NCBI GenBank assembly: GCA_050331235.1
Contig: JBHJHA010000063.1
Coordinates: forward strand, 1 to 53,660
Reading direction: 5' to 3'
Source of the DNA: Leptolyngbyaceae cyanobacterium
Lineage (GTDB): Bacteria; Cyanobacteriota; Cyanobacteriia; Phormidesmidales; Phormidesmidaceae
Length of the DNA stretch: 53,660 nt
Each line of letters opens with the position of its first letter. Position 1 is the stretch's first letter. The position numbers were made by a program, and so were the translations under genes. The notes below the pieces were generated by a model. That model did no database searches. It saw only the letters and a list, made by a program, of their open reading frames with translations, and had not been told where the DNA came from. Positions 29,869 through 39,456 of this stretch are shown one piece after another.

Positions 29869-30084
29869 GGTTTGGGGGAAGGGCTAGGGGCGATCGCCGT
29901 TCACCTTATATTGTGGCACCGCTAGCTGTAGCGATCGCTCTCCCTATCAGCGTAGCGGCGATCGTCCTTCGGACAGGCTATAGGTGCGCCAATGCTCTGC
30001 CAAACCCTTGAGCAGACTGTTGTGTCGTCAGTATGGCGATCGCAAGATAAATCTTGATGGTTTAAAAAAAGTGAAACTCTCTTG

Positions 30085-31473
30085 TCAACCACAAAGGTCA
30101 GCAACGGAATTATTATTAATCAGGGGCAAAGGCTCTTCAGACTCTATATCACAATAAACATGCCTAGCTCCAGTTTCCACCTGTTGCTCTCCAAACTTGG
30201 AAGCCAGAAATTGGTGAAAATAATGAGCTTTGTCAAAATCACTGAAAGTTGCAACTTGCACTCTATCTTTTCGTTTCGAATAGAATGCATCCTCACAATA
30301 ACTTGTACTAACCTGCAACAAATTCTCTTCGGAAAACATTAGGAATACGGGCACCATCAACCAAGGATAAGCTTCGCTGACTTCTAGTTTACGATCACCA
30401 CAGAAAGTTAATGGAAAATCAACTCCATCAAACGGATTTTGATTCTCAGGCAGATCTACCAAGGTTTCGTCAGGCTGTACAGTTACTTCTTCGTCACCAC
30501 CCATAGCAACTTCAGGAGGTAAAATCGATTTGTCACTTTGAGCGATAAAATCATCTATCTTTTCAGCAGGAATATTCCATGAACCATCTTGTCTTATGAT
30601 TTCGCGTTCTTGCAATTGAGAAACTGCATTACTTAAAGTTTTAGAATTGAGGAAGGCATATATATAAAATCTAGTTGCTTCTTCTTCATCTCCCGAAAAC
30701 ACTTGAACCTCTGCCATTAGATTCCAAACTCTTCCCCTGAAACTTTTGCTGTTATTAGGCTGATCCTCCAATATTTCATTAAGCTGATTAAGTGCATTTT
30801 GAAGTCCTTTGCGCCTTGCATTTTCATCTTTAATTGAAAGAGATTTCAATATTGAGCTGAAACCACTCCAATAAAATGCTTCGTACGCTTTTCCTGAATC
30901 AAAGATAAAATCTTGATTCGAAATCAAAGTATCTTTGGCTGCCTGTTTATCGAAATAATCAGGATCTTTCTTGCAATTAAAATATGCTGCATTAAAAAGT
31001 CTAGAGGACTCGTTATAGTCATTTAGTTCTAGCAGATTTTCTGCATAAGCATAAAAAATTTTTGTCTGAAAGTATTCAAAATTCTCAAATTTACTTGCTC
31101 TACTTTCTTCGGAGAAGTCTCTCAAAACTCCTTCCCAAATCCTCCGCATATCTTGAGTGCTAGAGCTATAGCTTTCAAGGATTCCAAATTCGTATGCAAG
31201 CTCTATTGAGTCATGTTTCGAATAGTCCTTAGGAACGTAGGTTCGATCTTGAAATGAATCGTGCCCAATAATTACAAGACCACAGAAAAAGACACCTACA
31301 GAGAAATAAGTAAAAAATCTATTGTCGTCTCTTGCTTCAGCAGAAGCATCTCCAAAAGAGAACTTTGAGAGTTGACTAAGTATTATTAGTACGAACCCCA
31401 CAGCCGCTACGGCGCTTCCGAATGGCCTCATGAGAAGATAATTCAGTACTATAGCGATCCATTGAACGAACAA
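30085..31473 (-). CDS. Low-GC hypothetical membrane protein with TPR-like helices and C-terminal FP..CGD domain
   Basis: AT-rich and no HIP1 seen; N-terminal TMs; helical repeats; in-frame ATG 31557 separated from the ORF by TGA 31477-31479. Confidence 0.65.
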   Translation of the reverse strand: MFVQWIAIVLNYLLMRPFGSAVAAVGFVLIILSQLSKFSFGDASAEARDDNRFFTYFSVGVFFCGLVIIGHDSFQDRTYVPKDYSKHDSIELAYEFGILESYSSSTQDMRRIWEGVLRDFSEESRASKFENFEYFQTKIFYAYAENLLELNDYNESSRLFNAAYFNCKKDPDYFDKQAAKDTLISNQDFIFDSGKAYEAFYWSGFSSILKSLSIKDENARRKGLQNALNQLNEILEDQPNNSKSFRGRVWNLMAEVQVFSGDEEEATRFYIYAFLNSKTLSNAVSQLQEREIIRQDGSWNIPAEKIDDFIAQSDKSILPPEVAMGGDEEVTVQPDETLVDLPENQNPFDGVDFPLTFCGDRKLEVSEAYPWLMVPVFLMFSEENLLQVSTSYCEDAFYSKRKDRVQVATFSDFDKAHYFHQFLASKFGEQQVETGARHVYCDIESEEPLPLINNNSVADLCG

Positions 31474-31852
31474 ACTTCATAGGTCTGTAGTATTATCTGT
31501 GGATGCTTGCAAGAAGATAGGCCAGAGCATTTTTAGTGCAGATGAACTCAAATTCATGGGTAAAAGCCCGGTGAATAGCTATGCATAATGATAGTTTTTA
31601 CCGAAGCACATATGACTACGCCGAAAATTTATATTATTCCAAACGCATTTTCAGGAACTTTGGGCTTTTAACGAATTCTTTAAGGGTATTAACGTACTAA
31701 TAAGTACATGGACGTAGTTAAACGTAGCTCTGAGCTACTGGAAGCCCTACGATGCCGTTGCCGGGATGTCCATTAATTCTGTCTACCTACTTATATATGA
31801 ACTTTCTTCGAAAAGTCACGTCTATTGATCTCTAGTATATTCTCAGTGCTCA

Positions 31853-31976
31853 TGCTCAAAATCCCGACTTCTCGAAAAAGCCGGGGTTCTCTTTTAGGGT
31901 GCTACACGGTCGCGAGTTCGGGGGCTTGGCGGTTGAAGAAAAGGCGTTCGTTTTCCACATCGGCGTAGAAGCGATC
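31853..31976 (-). repeat. Diverged duplicate of clpB 3' end plus downstream hairpin
   Basis: 124 bp aligning gap-free to 33597-33720 with about 16 mismatches by hand count; encodes [24 protein letters not shown]. Confidence 0.92.
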
Positions 31977-31991
31977 CCATGTTTCATGCCA

Positions 31992-32375
31992 CTAGGATAG
32001 CGAAAGGCGCTGTCGAATGCTTTGCCTGACGCGATCGTATAAACCGTAGACTTCTTCAGCAACGGCCTGATCCGCTGAGAACCCTGGATACCGCACTGCG
32101 ACGGCGTAGTCCGTCAGCATCCCTAAAGCAAACCGCAGGGTTTCTAGCTCCGGGTCGTGGGGTAGCAGCAAGTCCAACAGTGCGGTTAAATCGTGGATTT
32201 TGGGAACTGGGATGTCGGTTTCTTGCAGTCTGGCTTCGAGATACTTTTCGGCACATTGCTGAGCATGGAAGCAAACGGCATCATAGTTGGGCAACTGCTC
32301 GGCCCGTAGCTCCCGACCCGCAGTCCGAAAATCGCCCTCCGCTTTCTCAATCCACTCCTGGGTCAGTGGCTTCAT
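31992..32375 (-). CDS. HEPN domain protein (MNT-HEPN pair)
   Basis: WIEKAEGD, VCFHAQQCAEKYL, PKIHDL, YAVAVRYPG. Confidence 0.9.
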   Translation of the reverse strand: MKPLTQEWIEKAEGDFRTAGRELRAEQLPNYDAVCFHAQQCAEKYLEARLQETDIPVPKIHDLTALLDLLLPHDPELETLRFALGMLTDYAVAVRYPGFSADQAVAEEVYGLYDRVRQSIRQRLSLS

Positions 32376-32676
32376 AAAGCACTTTGCCTTCATCGACGAT
32401 TTCTTTCATAAAAAAATCTCCCATCTCTAAACGCTGACGCAGCAACTCAGGGGTGCGCACGAGTAAATCTAAGGGAAACTGAGGGCGAACCTGAAACCGG
32501 ATTTCAGCCGCTTGCCGAGGAGAATGGCCCTCAAACGGCATCACCACCAGCAAATCCACGTCCGAATCTGGAGTCGGTTCACCATAGGCGTAGGAACCAA
32601 ACAAGATGATGCGCTCAGGGTGGAACTGCTCAGCAATTTGCTGGCTCAGCGCTTCGATTTGCGACATCTCGACCAT
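32347..32676 (-). CDS. Minimal nucleotidyltransferase (MNT) antitoxin
   Basis: IILFGSYAYG..DSDVDLLVV, EGKVLYE; overlaps the HEPN start. Confidence 0.92.
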   Translation of the reverse strand: MVEMSQIEALSQQIAEQFHPERIILFGSYAYGEPTPDSDVDLLVVMPFEGHSPRQAAEIRFQVRPQFPLDLLVRTPELLRQRLEMGDFFMKEIVDEGKVLYEATDPGVD

Positions 32677-32794
32677 AGCGGCCTCGCAAGGGTTTTCTCT
32701 ATTTTGCCATTGAGCTAAGAATCGACGAGCGATCGCCCTTCTTTATATAAATGAGATGGCAGTGGGGGAGCGATCGCCCCCCGGCAGTGCCCAT

Positions 32795-33143
32795 TCACAG
32801 TGGCAAAAACTGTACTTGATTTTCCAAATTCCGAGTATTCGCCCAAAGTCGCAATCAGCTCGAAATCTCGAATGCAGGTGCCAATGGAGACTCGCGATTG
32901 CCGAGCAAATACGAGCCCCGGAAAATCAACCGCTGCTTGCTAGCATCGTTGCGCTTCTGTAGGCAAATCATCGTCTTGAGTAAACAGGATGCGGCGCAAT
33001 TCCGTCGCTCGATCCAAAACTACTGGATCGGCGATGCCGCTGCGGTGGTCTTCTTGAACGGTCAGGACATTCACTCGTCGTTGGCGTAAGCCGTTGGTAA
33101 TCGCTCCGTGCACATTCTCATCCATGTAGAGCGTGAGGCTCAT
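32795..33143 (-). pseudogene. DUF5615 PIN-like toxin pseudogene
   Basis: YMDENV...LFTQDDDL; in-frame TAG 32940-32942; homology continues (DFPGLVFARQ..SIGTCIRDFELIA); then a 1-nt frameshift before ENQVQFLPL*. Confidence 0.82.
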
Positions 33144-33469
33144 GCCAACAAACCCTGGTTCCTGAGTCGTGCAACAAAGGTCGAGCTCGGCGACTGTTGC
33201 TCTAAATTGGCCACATAGGCGTCTCGCTGCTCAATGTCGGCATCCAGGGCTTCGCGATGATCCCAGTAGTATGCGAGGGCCGCATAAATCTGTCCCATAC
33301 TGAGATATCGGTGATTGATTTGAATTTCTTCTGGCGTCCAACCATAGGCCCGCTGCGCCATCACCAGCTCCACAATTTTGAGCGTTGTGCCTGCAATGAT
33401 GGGCACTTGCTGGGGGGCTAACCCAATGTGAGGATATTCCGTTTGGGTCAGTCGCTGCGCGTTGGTCAT
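33140..33469 (-). CDS. DUF433 domain antitoxin
   Basis: PIIAGT, GWTPEEI...LSMGQIYAALAYYWDH; ATGA overlap with the DUF5615 gene. Confidence 0.9.
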   Translation of the reverse strand: MTNAQRLTQTEYPHIGLAPQQVPIIAGTTLKIVELVMAQRAYGWTPEEIQINHRYLSMGQIYAALAYYWDHREALDADIEQRDAYVANLEQQSPSSTFVARLRNQGLLA

Positions 33470-33601
33470 TCAGGAATCCCGATCGGCCGTTTGGGCTATT
33501 TTAGCAAGCGCTTAACTGTCGTTATGGGCGATCGCTTTCTACATCCTCGCAGTTGCGATCGCGCAAATGAAGGCGATCGCCCCACCACCTCCCAGTTGCT
33601 C

Positions 33602-33634
33602 AGAACCCCGGCTTCTTTGAGAAGCCGGGGTTCT
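33602..33634. terminator. Hairpin after clpB (REP-like repeat/terminator)
   Basis: AGAACCCCGGCTTCT-TTG-AGAAGCCGGGGTTCT perfect 15-bp stem. Confidence 0.65.
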
Positions 33635-33645
33635 CTTTTAGAGGG

Positions 33646-36264
33646 CTACACCGTCGCGAGTTCAGGGGCTTGGCGTTTGAAGACGAGGCGTTCGTTTTCC
33701 ACATCGGCGTAGATCCGATCGCCGTTCTGAAAATCGCCCCTGAGAATCCCCTTAGCGATAGGCGTTTCCAACTCCTTCTGGATGGCGCGCTTGAGGGGGC
33801 GGGCACCGTAGACGGGGTCGTAGCCCACCTGGGCCACCCAATCCAGCGCCTCTTCCGACAGCACGAGGGACATCTTGCGATCGCCCAATCGCTGCTCCAG
33901 CCGTTGGATTTGTAGCTTGACGATGGACTTCAACTGCTCCTGACGCAGGCTGTGGAAGATGATCAGCTCATCCACCCGGTTCAGGAACTCAGGTCGGAAC
34001 TCGGCCCGCATGGCCTCCATGACGCGATCGCGCATCAGGTCGTACTTCTCATCGTCGCCCGCCAGATCCAGGATGAACTGGGAGCCGATGTTGCTGGTCA
34101 TGATCAGCACCGAGTTGCGGAAGTCCACCGTGCGCCCCTGGGAGTCGGTCAAGCGACCATCATCCAGAATTTGCAGCATGATGTTGAACACATCGGGGTG
34201 GGCCTTCTCGATTTCGTCGAACAGGATGACCGCGTAGGGCCGACGGCGAATCGCCTCCGTGAGCTGACCGCCTTCCTCAAAACCGACGTATCCCGGAGGG
34301 GCACCAATCAGCCGCGCCACTGCGTGCTTCTCCATATATTCCGACATGTCGATGCGGACGATCGCCTCTTCCGTATCAAACATATAAGACGCTAGTGCCT
34401 TCGCCAGTTCCGTCTTACCGACGCCCGTGGGGCCGAGAAAGATAAAGCTGGCAATCGGCCGATTCGGATCAGCGAGTCCAGCCCGCGATCGCTGAATCGC
34501 ATCTGCCACCGCCGTGACGGCTTCCTCCTGACCAATCACCCGTTGGTGCAGTTCATCTTCTAGGTGCAGCAGCTTCTCCATTTCGGATGCCACCAACTTG
34601 CTGACCGGAATGCCCGTCCACTTGGAGATAATTTCAGCGATGTCTTCCTCTGTTACCTCTTCCCGCAGCAGCGATTGACCACTGGTCTGGGCATTTTCCA
34701 GCTTTTGTTCCGCTTCCTCAACCTGGCGTTGCAGGTCAGTCAGTTTGCCATATTTCAGCTCAGCGGCGCGATTCAAGTCGTAGTTGCGCTCCGCCTGCTG
34801 AATCTCGATGTTGACGTGATCTAGCTCTTCCCGTAGCTTTTGAATATCATCGATCAGGTCTTTCTCGGACTGCCACTGAGCATTCAGACCAGACTGGGTT
34901 TCCTTCAGATCCGCCAGTTCTTTATCCAAGCGCTCCAGCCGATCTAGGGAACCGGCGTCGGTCTCGTTTTTGAGGGACAACCGTTCCATTTCCAACTGCA
35001 GTATCTTGCGGTCAACTTCGTCCAGTTCTTCCGGCTTGGAGGTGATCTCCATCTTCAGCTTGGCGGCGGACTCATCCACCAGGTCGATCGCCTTATCGGG
35101 CAAGAAGCGATCGCTGATATACCGCGTTGACAGCACCGCCGCTGCCACCAGCGCACTGTCGGAAATCTTCACCCCGTGGTGGACTTCGTAGCGCTCCTTC
35201 AGCCCCCGCAAAATCGAGATCGTGTCTTCAATGCTAGGCTGATCGACAAATACCTGCTGGAAGCGGCGTTCCAGAGCGGCATCCTTTTCGATGTATTTAC
35301 GATACTCATCCAGCGTTGTCGCCCCAATACAGCGCAGTTCGCCCCGCGCCAGCATCGGCTTCAGCAGATTGCCTGCATCCATTGAGCCCTGGGTCGCACC
35401 CGCACCCACAACAGTGTGGATCTCGTCGATGAAGAGCACCATCTGTCCATCAGAATCTTGCACTTCCTTTAGGACAGCTTTTAGCCGTTCCTCAAATTCA
35501 CCCCGGTATTTGGCCCCGGCAATCAGGGCCCCCATATCGAGGGCGATGATTTTGCGATCGCGCAACGACTCCGGCACATCCTTACTGACGATGCGCTGGG
35601 CCAGTCCTTCGGCAATCGCGGTCTTCCCGACACCGGGTTCACCAATCAGCACCGGGTTGTTCTTCGTCCGCCGCGACAAAATTTGAATCGTCCGGCGAAT
35701 TTCATCGTCCCGACCAATCACCGGGTCGAGCTTGCCCAACCGCGCCAGTTCCGTCAAGTCGCGGCCATATTTTTCCAGCGCTTCGTATTTGCCTTCCGGG
35801 TTTTGATCCGTCACTTTCTGATTCCCCCGTACGTCTTTGATGATCCCTCTAAGGGTGTTTTCGTCTAAGCCAAACTCTTTGAATAGGTTGCGCCCAAAGC
35901 GATCGTCCTTCGCGTAGGCCAACAGCAGGTGCTCGATGGAAATGTACTCGTCGCCAAAGTCTTTACGGTAGCCATCAGCGCGATCGAGCAGTTTGTCCAG
36001 ACTGTTACCCAGATACACCGAGCCGCCCGCATTGCTGATCTTGGGCTGCTTGGCAACAAAATCAGTTGTTCGGTCGCGCAAGTTCTGCACGTTCACTTCC
36101 GCTTTATTAAAAACGGAAATCGCCAGTCCGTCTTGCTCTAACAGCGCCTGCATCAGATGCTCGCTTTCGATCTGCTGATGCTTAGCTTCTTTGGCGATCT
36201 CTGGCGTCCGCACGATGGCCTGCCACGCCTTTTCGGTAAATTGATTGGGGTTGGTCGGTTGCAT
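33646..36264 (-). CDS. clpB: ATP-dependent chaperone ClpB
   Basis: [14 protein letters not shown] start; GEPGVGKT and GPTGVGKT Walker A motifs; middle coiled coil [15 protein letters not shown]. Confidence 0.98.
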   Translation of the reverse strand: MQPTNPNQFTEKAWQAIVRTPEIAKEAKHQQIESEHLMQALLEQDGLAISVFNKAEVNVQNLRDRTTDFVAKQPKISNAGGSVYLGNSLDKLLDRADGYRKDFGDEYISIEHLLLAYAKDDRFGRNLFKEFGLDENTLRGIIKDVRGNQKVTDQNPEGKYEALEKYGRDLTELARLGKLDPVIGRDDEIRRTIQILSRRTKNNPVLIGEPGVGKTAIAEGLAQRIVSKDVPESLRDRKIIALDMGALIAGAKYRGEFEERLKAVLKEVQDSDGQMVLFIDEIHTVVGAGATQGSMDAGNLLKPMLARGELRCIGATTLDEYRKYIEKDAALERRFQQVFVDQPSIEDTISILRGLKERYEVHHGVKISDSALVAAAVLSTRYISDRFLPDKAIDLVDESAAKLKMEITSKPEELDEVDRKILQLEMERLSLKNETDAGSLDRLERLDKELADLKETQSGLNAQWQSEKDLIDDIQKLREELDHVNIEIQQAERNYDLNRAAELKYGKLTDLQRQVEEAEQKLENAQTSGQSLLREEVTEEDIAEIISKWTGIPVSKLVASEMEKLLHLEDELHQRVIGQEEAVTAVADAIQRSRAGLADPNRPIASFIFLGPTGVGKTELAKALASYMFDTEEAIVRIDMSEYMEKHAVARLIGAPPGYVGFEEGGQLTEAIRRRPYAVILFDEIEKAHPDVFNIMLQILDDGRLTDSQGRTVDFRNSVLIMTSNIGSQFILDLAGDDEKYDLMRDRVMEAMRAEFRPEFLNRVDELIIFHSLRQEQLKSIVKLQIQRLEQRLGDRKMSLVLSEEALDWVAQVGYDPVYGARPLKRAIQKELETPIAKGILRGDFQNGDRIYADVENERLVFKRQAPELATV

Positions 36265-36393
36265 AATCTCTCCGGCTAGCAAGATATCCACTCACAACGC
36301 ATCAGAAGCCAGGAGCCAGCCAACAGCCCAGTGATAGCTGATGTCTGACATCTGATGTCTGTATTAAATATGAAGGATTTCCCAAAAAATCAG

Positions 36394-36409
36394 GTTCGTG
36401 AAGCCGAAG
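36394..36409. promoter_or_regulatory. K-box-like heat-shock element upstream of clpB
   Basis: GTTCGT-GAAG-CCGAAG vs recalled K-box GTTCGG-NNAN-CCNNAC (2 mismatches), ~130 bp upstream of the clpB ATG. Confidence 0.3.
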
Positions 36410-36474
36410 CCAAAAGGGCGCGATCGCCCCACCCTGAGAAGCTGCATCTCCCTTTCAGCTCCCACAAACACCCC

Positions 36475-36548
36475 TCTTGTAAAACGGCCATCCTGGCCGT
36501 CTTTCTTCGCCTTTCTTCAAAGGCAGGCCAGAGGCCCGCCCGACAAGA
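36475..36548. repeat. Inverted pair of REP-like palindromes upstream of RAYT
   Basis: TCTTGTAAAACGGCCATCCTGGCCGTC ... GGCAGGCCAGAGGCCCGCCCGACAAGA (degenerate inverted copies). Confidence 0.55.
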
Positions 36549-36608
36549 GACATATCAAAATCTTGGAATGAGCAGGGCATTCTGAAACAAACCTCTCAAA
36601 TCACAACT

Positions 36609-37073
36609 ATGAAAGAGCCAGAACTCAAAATTACCCAGAGAATGCTGCCTCACTGGGAATATGATGGCTCGATTTACTTCATCACCTTCAATACCTGGAA
36701 GAGACAAACACTTTCACCTCATGCTCGTCAAATTGTCCTTGATGCTTGCCTCTTCTTCAACACCCAGCGTTATGACCTCTTCGCTCTTGTTGTTATGCCC
36801 GACCACGTTCACCTGCTAATCCAACCACTGCCAAAAAATGAGGACGAGTACTGGTCACTCAGCAGCATTGTGCACAGCATCAAAAGCTACAGCGCCAAAC
36901 AGATTCCGAAAGTGACGCCCCACATCGGCACTGTCTGGCAACCTGAACGCTATGACCACATCGTCCGCGACGATCGCGCCTTTACCGCCATCTGGCATTA
37001 CATTCGCCAAAATCCGGTGAAAGCTGATCTAGCGAACTCACCAGATTGCTATCCATTCTTTTGGCAAAAATGA
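36609..37073 (+). mobile_element. REP-associated tyrosine transposase (RAYT, Y1_Tnp/IS200-like)
   Basis: LPHW...YFITF, VVMPDHVHLLI (HUH), WQPERYDH, YIRQNPVKA (catalytic Tyr). Confidence 0.9.
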
Positions 37074-37116
37074 TGCTGTGCCAAAATTCTGAGACAGGTA
37101 AGATACCACAGTATGG

Positions 37117-37348
37117 GCGATCGCTACCCATCAACAACGCTACTTTGAAAACCCTCATGCAAGAACTCGGGGATGAGTGCAGCCGCGTTCTTGAACCCAT
37201 GCATCAACTCCAGGTGTCAAATCTACAAGACGACCAAAAAGCAGTTATTTTGGCTGAGATTTTGGCATCAGTGATTCACCTGTATACCCACTGCGATGAA
37301 GACTTACAGGGAGCGATTTCAGATGAATTGGATAGTCTGCTGGAATAA
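37117..37348 (+). pseudogene. Small acidic hypothetical protein, probably 5'-truncated at a HIP1 site
   Basis: RSLPINNATLKTLMQELGDEC...ILAEILASVIHLYTHC...ISDELDSL; coding-like stretch begins at HIP1 37117. Confidence 0.4.
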
Positions 37349-37498
37349 TTTTGTGGAGAGCGATCAATCTACCCTTTCAAGCATTCTGCTCGCAATTCTT
37401 TTCTAAAAAAACCCTTGTTTTACAGCTATCATAGTCAAACTTCAGCAAAATTCTGAGGAGCATGGGTGGGCCATAAGGCTCACCACACAGATTTCTCA

Positions 37499-39003
37499 AT
37501 GTATTTGAGAATCCTGGAAAAGGATAATCGTTCTACTTAGCTATCGATAAATTCAAAATCCCAAGGATTATTCTCTTATTGTAAGTTCCAAACCTTAAAG
37601 ATAAGGACAGATTTTGAAAACCTTAAAAAGACGCTAGAAGATTATTTTGATGGTCAGATTGATATCGAATGGAAGCAAGTTCATGAGCTATTACGGCAAA
37701 TAAAACAATCATCTTCTTCGGATTTATCAGCAGAAGAAGTTAAAATTTACAATATTATTTCTGATCCACCAAAGTATCCAGTTACTTTATATGATTCGGA
37801 AATCTATAGACACTCAAAGCTGTATAAAGAAACTTTGCTTTTAATGTGTGATCTGCAATTTGCCAAGCAACACATAAACAAAGAAATCGAAAATTTAGAG
37901 GCAAACTACTCAAAAGAAGTCAGCAGAATAAAGATTGATACAGGTGTTTCCAATATTTTCTATATTCTTGGTTTCGAGAAAAGCCACGAAGACCAGAACG
38001 AGAAGCTGGCCAGGCTTTTTTTAGAATATTTTTTTGACAGAAAGCCTTCTAAGGAGGCATATATTAAGATAAAACTTTATCCAGTCAAAACAAAAGGAGA
38101 AAAAGAGTACATTTACAAAGAGCTCAAAAAACCTTCTTCAATCTACAAAGAACATAAAGACGAAAACAATTCATATGGTTATTTTTCCTTAATTAGGATA
38201 GCAAATCTTCTTACATATGCTCTTGGAATAAGTGATGCGATTACCGATATCCAATGCTTTAAAGTAATGAATTTGTTCGAAAATCATATTAATATTTTTT
38301 TTTGCTCAGTAGAAAGATAGAAATTCTGAGGGACAAGCTAGGTGATCTAGAAAGTTCTCCTATGCTTACTCAGATTCGCACTGAATACAAAAAAGAGGTG
38401 AATAGCTATTATCGAGACTGCAAATATCTTTCACCTGCGGAGAACTGCATAAGAAACCGATGTGCGGGCAAATTTGAAGATTATACTGAAAGGCTCGAAA
38501 TCGTAAAAAAATTGAGCGGAAGGTTTGAGACTTTAAAGAAGCAGGGAGGAAATGCTCTTCGTAAGCAAGGTCATTCAAAACTTAATATCGGGAAGCTAAA
38601 GGTAAACTATATAGATTGGAAGCTATTGGAGGAATATGACCACATTAGAACAAAAGAATCTAAGGAGTTGTTGCTTAATTATTGCAAGAGTATTTTCAAG
38701 AATAAGCTTGATAAGCAAAGAATTGAAAAAATTTATGAACTTCAACCAAGCGAAATCTATATGGGCGGCAATGAACTCAGAGGATATATTTGCTTCCTCT
38801 TTAAAGATGTTGAAATCGCCGTCTTAGAAAAGCCTATTTATGGTAATGCTACTTACTTATTGCCCCGGAAAAACTGGAAAGAGCTATCAAAACTGACCAG
38901 AGAAACTTTGCTTGTAAAACACCCTCAAGTAAAGCGGTGCATTCATTATGATTTAGATAGTTGGATTGCAAGTGTGAAACAATATCTTGCAGAAGTTCAA
39001 TGA
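37499..39003 (+). pseudogene. Low-GC ~500-codon gene of unknown function, split by TAG 37538 and a T9 frameshift
   Basis: ATG 37499 in frame with ORF 37835-38320 except TAG 37538-40; T9 run 38295-38303 joins it to ORF 38302-39003 if T10; C-terminal GYICFLF..AVLEKPIYGNATY..W motif. Confidence 0.65.
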
Positions 39004-39456
39004 AGTTGTAGAAGCGTTGAGCAGTTGGAGGCGTGGGGCGATCGCCTCTCAGTCTCAGTCCTCGTATTCGCTAGTTAGAGTATCTTTTGAGCGATCGCCC
39101 TACCCATCCAGAGATAGCATCTAGAGAAGTTAAGGGAAATGATGATGCCACGGCATGGGCGATCGCTGCGTGGGGATGGTTAGAAATCGCCCTCCAATCA
39201 ACCTCACTGGAATTAAGACAAGCGGTTGGTGGAGTGGGGCGATCGCTTTCTTTGGCAATTAAGAGCATCGTTCTTTCGGTAGTCGGCTCTAGCTCGACAT
39301 CTTCATAGAGAGCAGCGATTAAAAGCTAAAGTTGAGTCAGAGAGTCCCTCGACAATGAGTTGCGATAATAACAAATTTTTGTAGAATTCAAAGTCACCAT
39401 GGCCAAGATACTGAGTGATCGACCAAAGCGAGAATATCGCTTCAGCAAGCTTCAGT

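Noticed and set aside
31856..32062. ORFs 31856-32062 and 33600-33806 with similar translations
   Set aside because: Off-frame readings of the duplicated clpB 3' end.
28408..39300. tRNA-Leu-anchored genomic island or prophage
   Set aside because: I found no duplicate of the tRNA 3' end and no tyrosine integrase or phage genes, and core clpB lies in the middle of the region.
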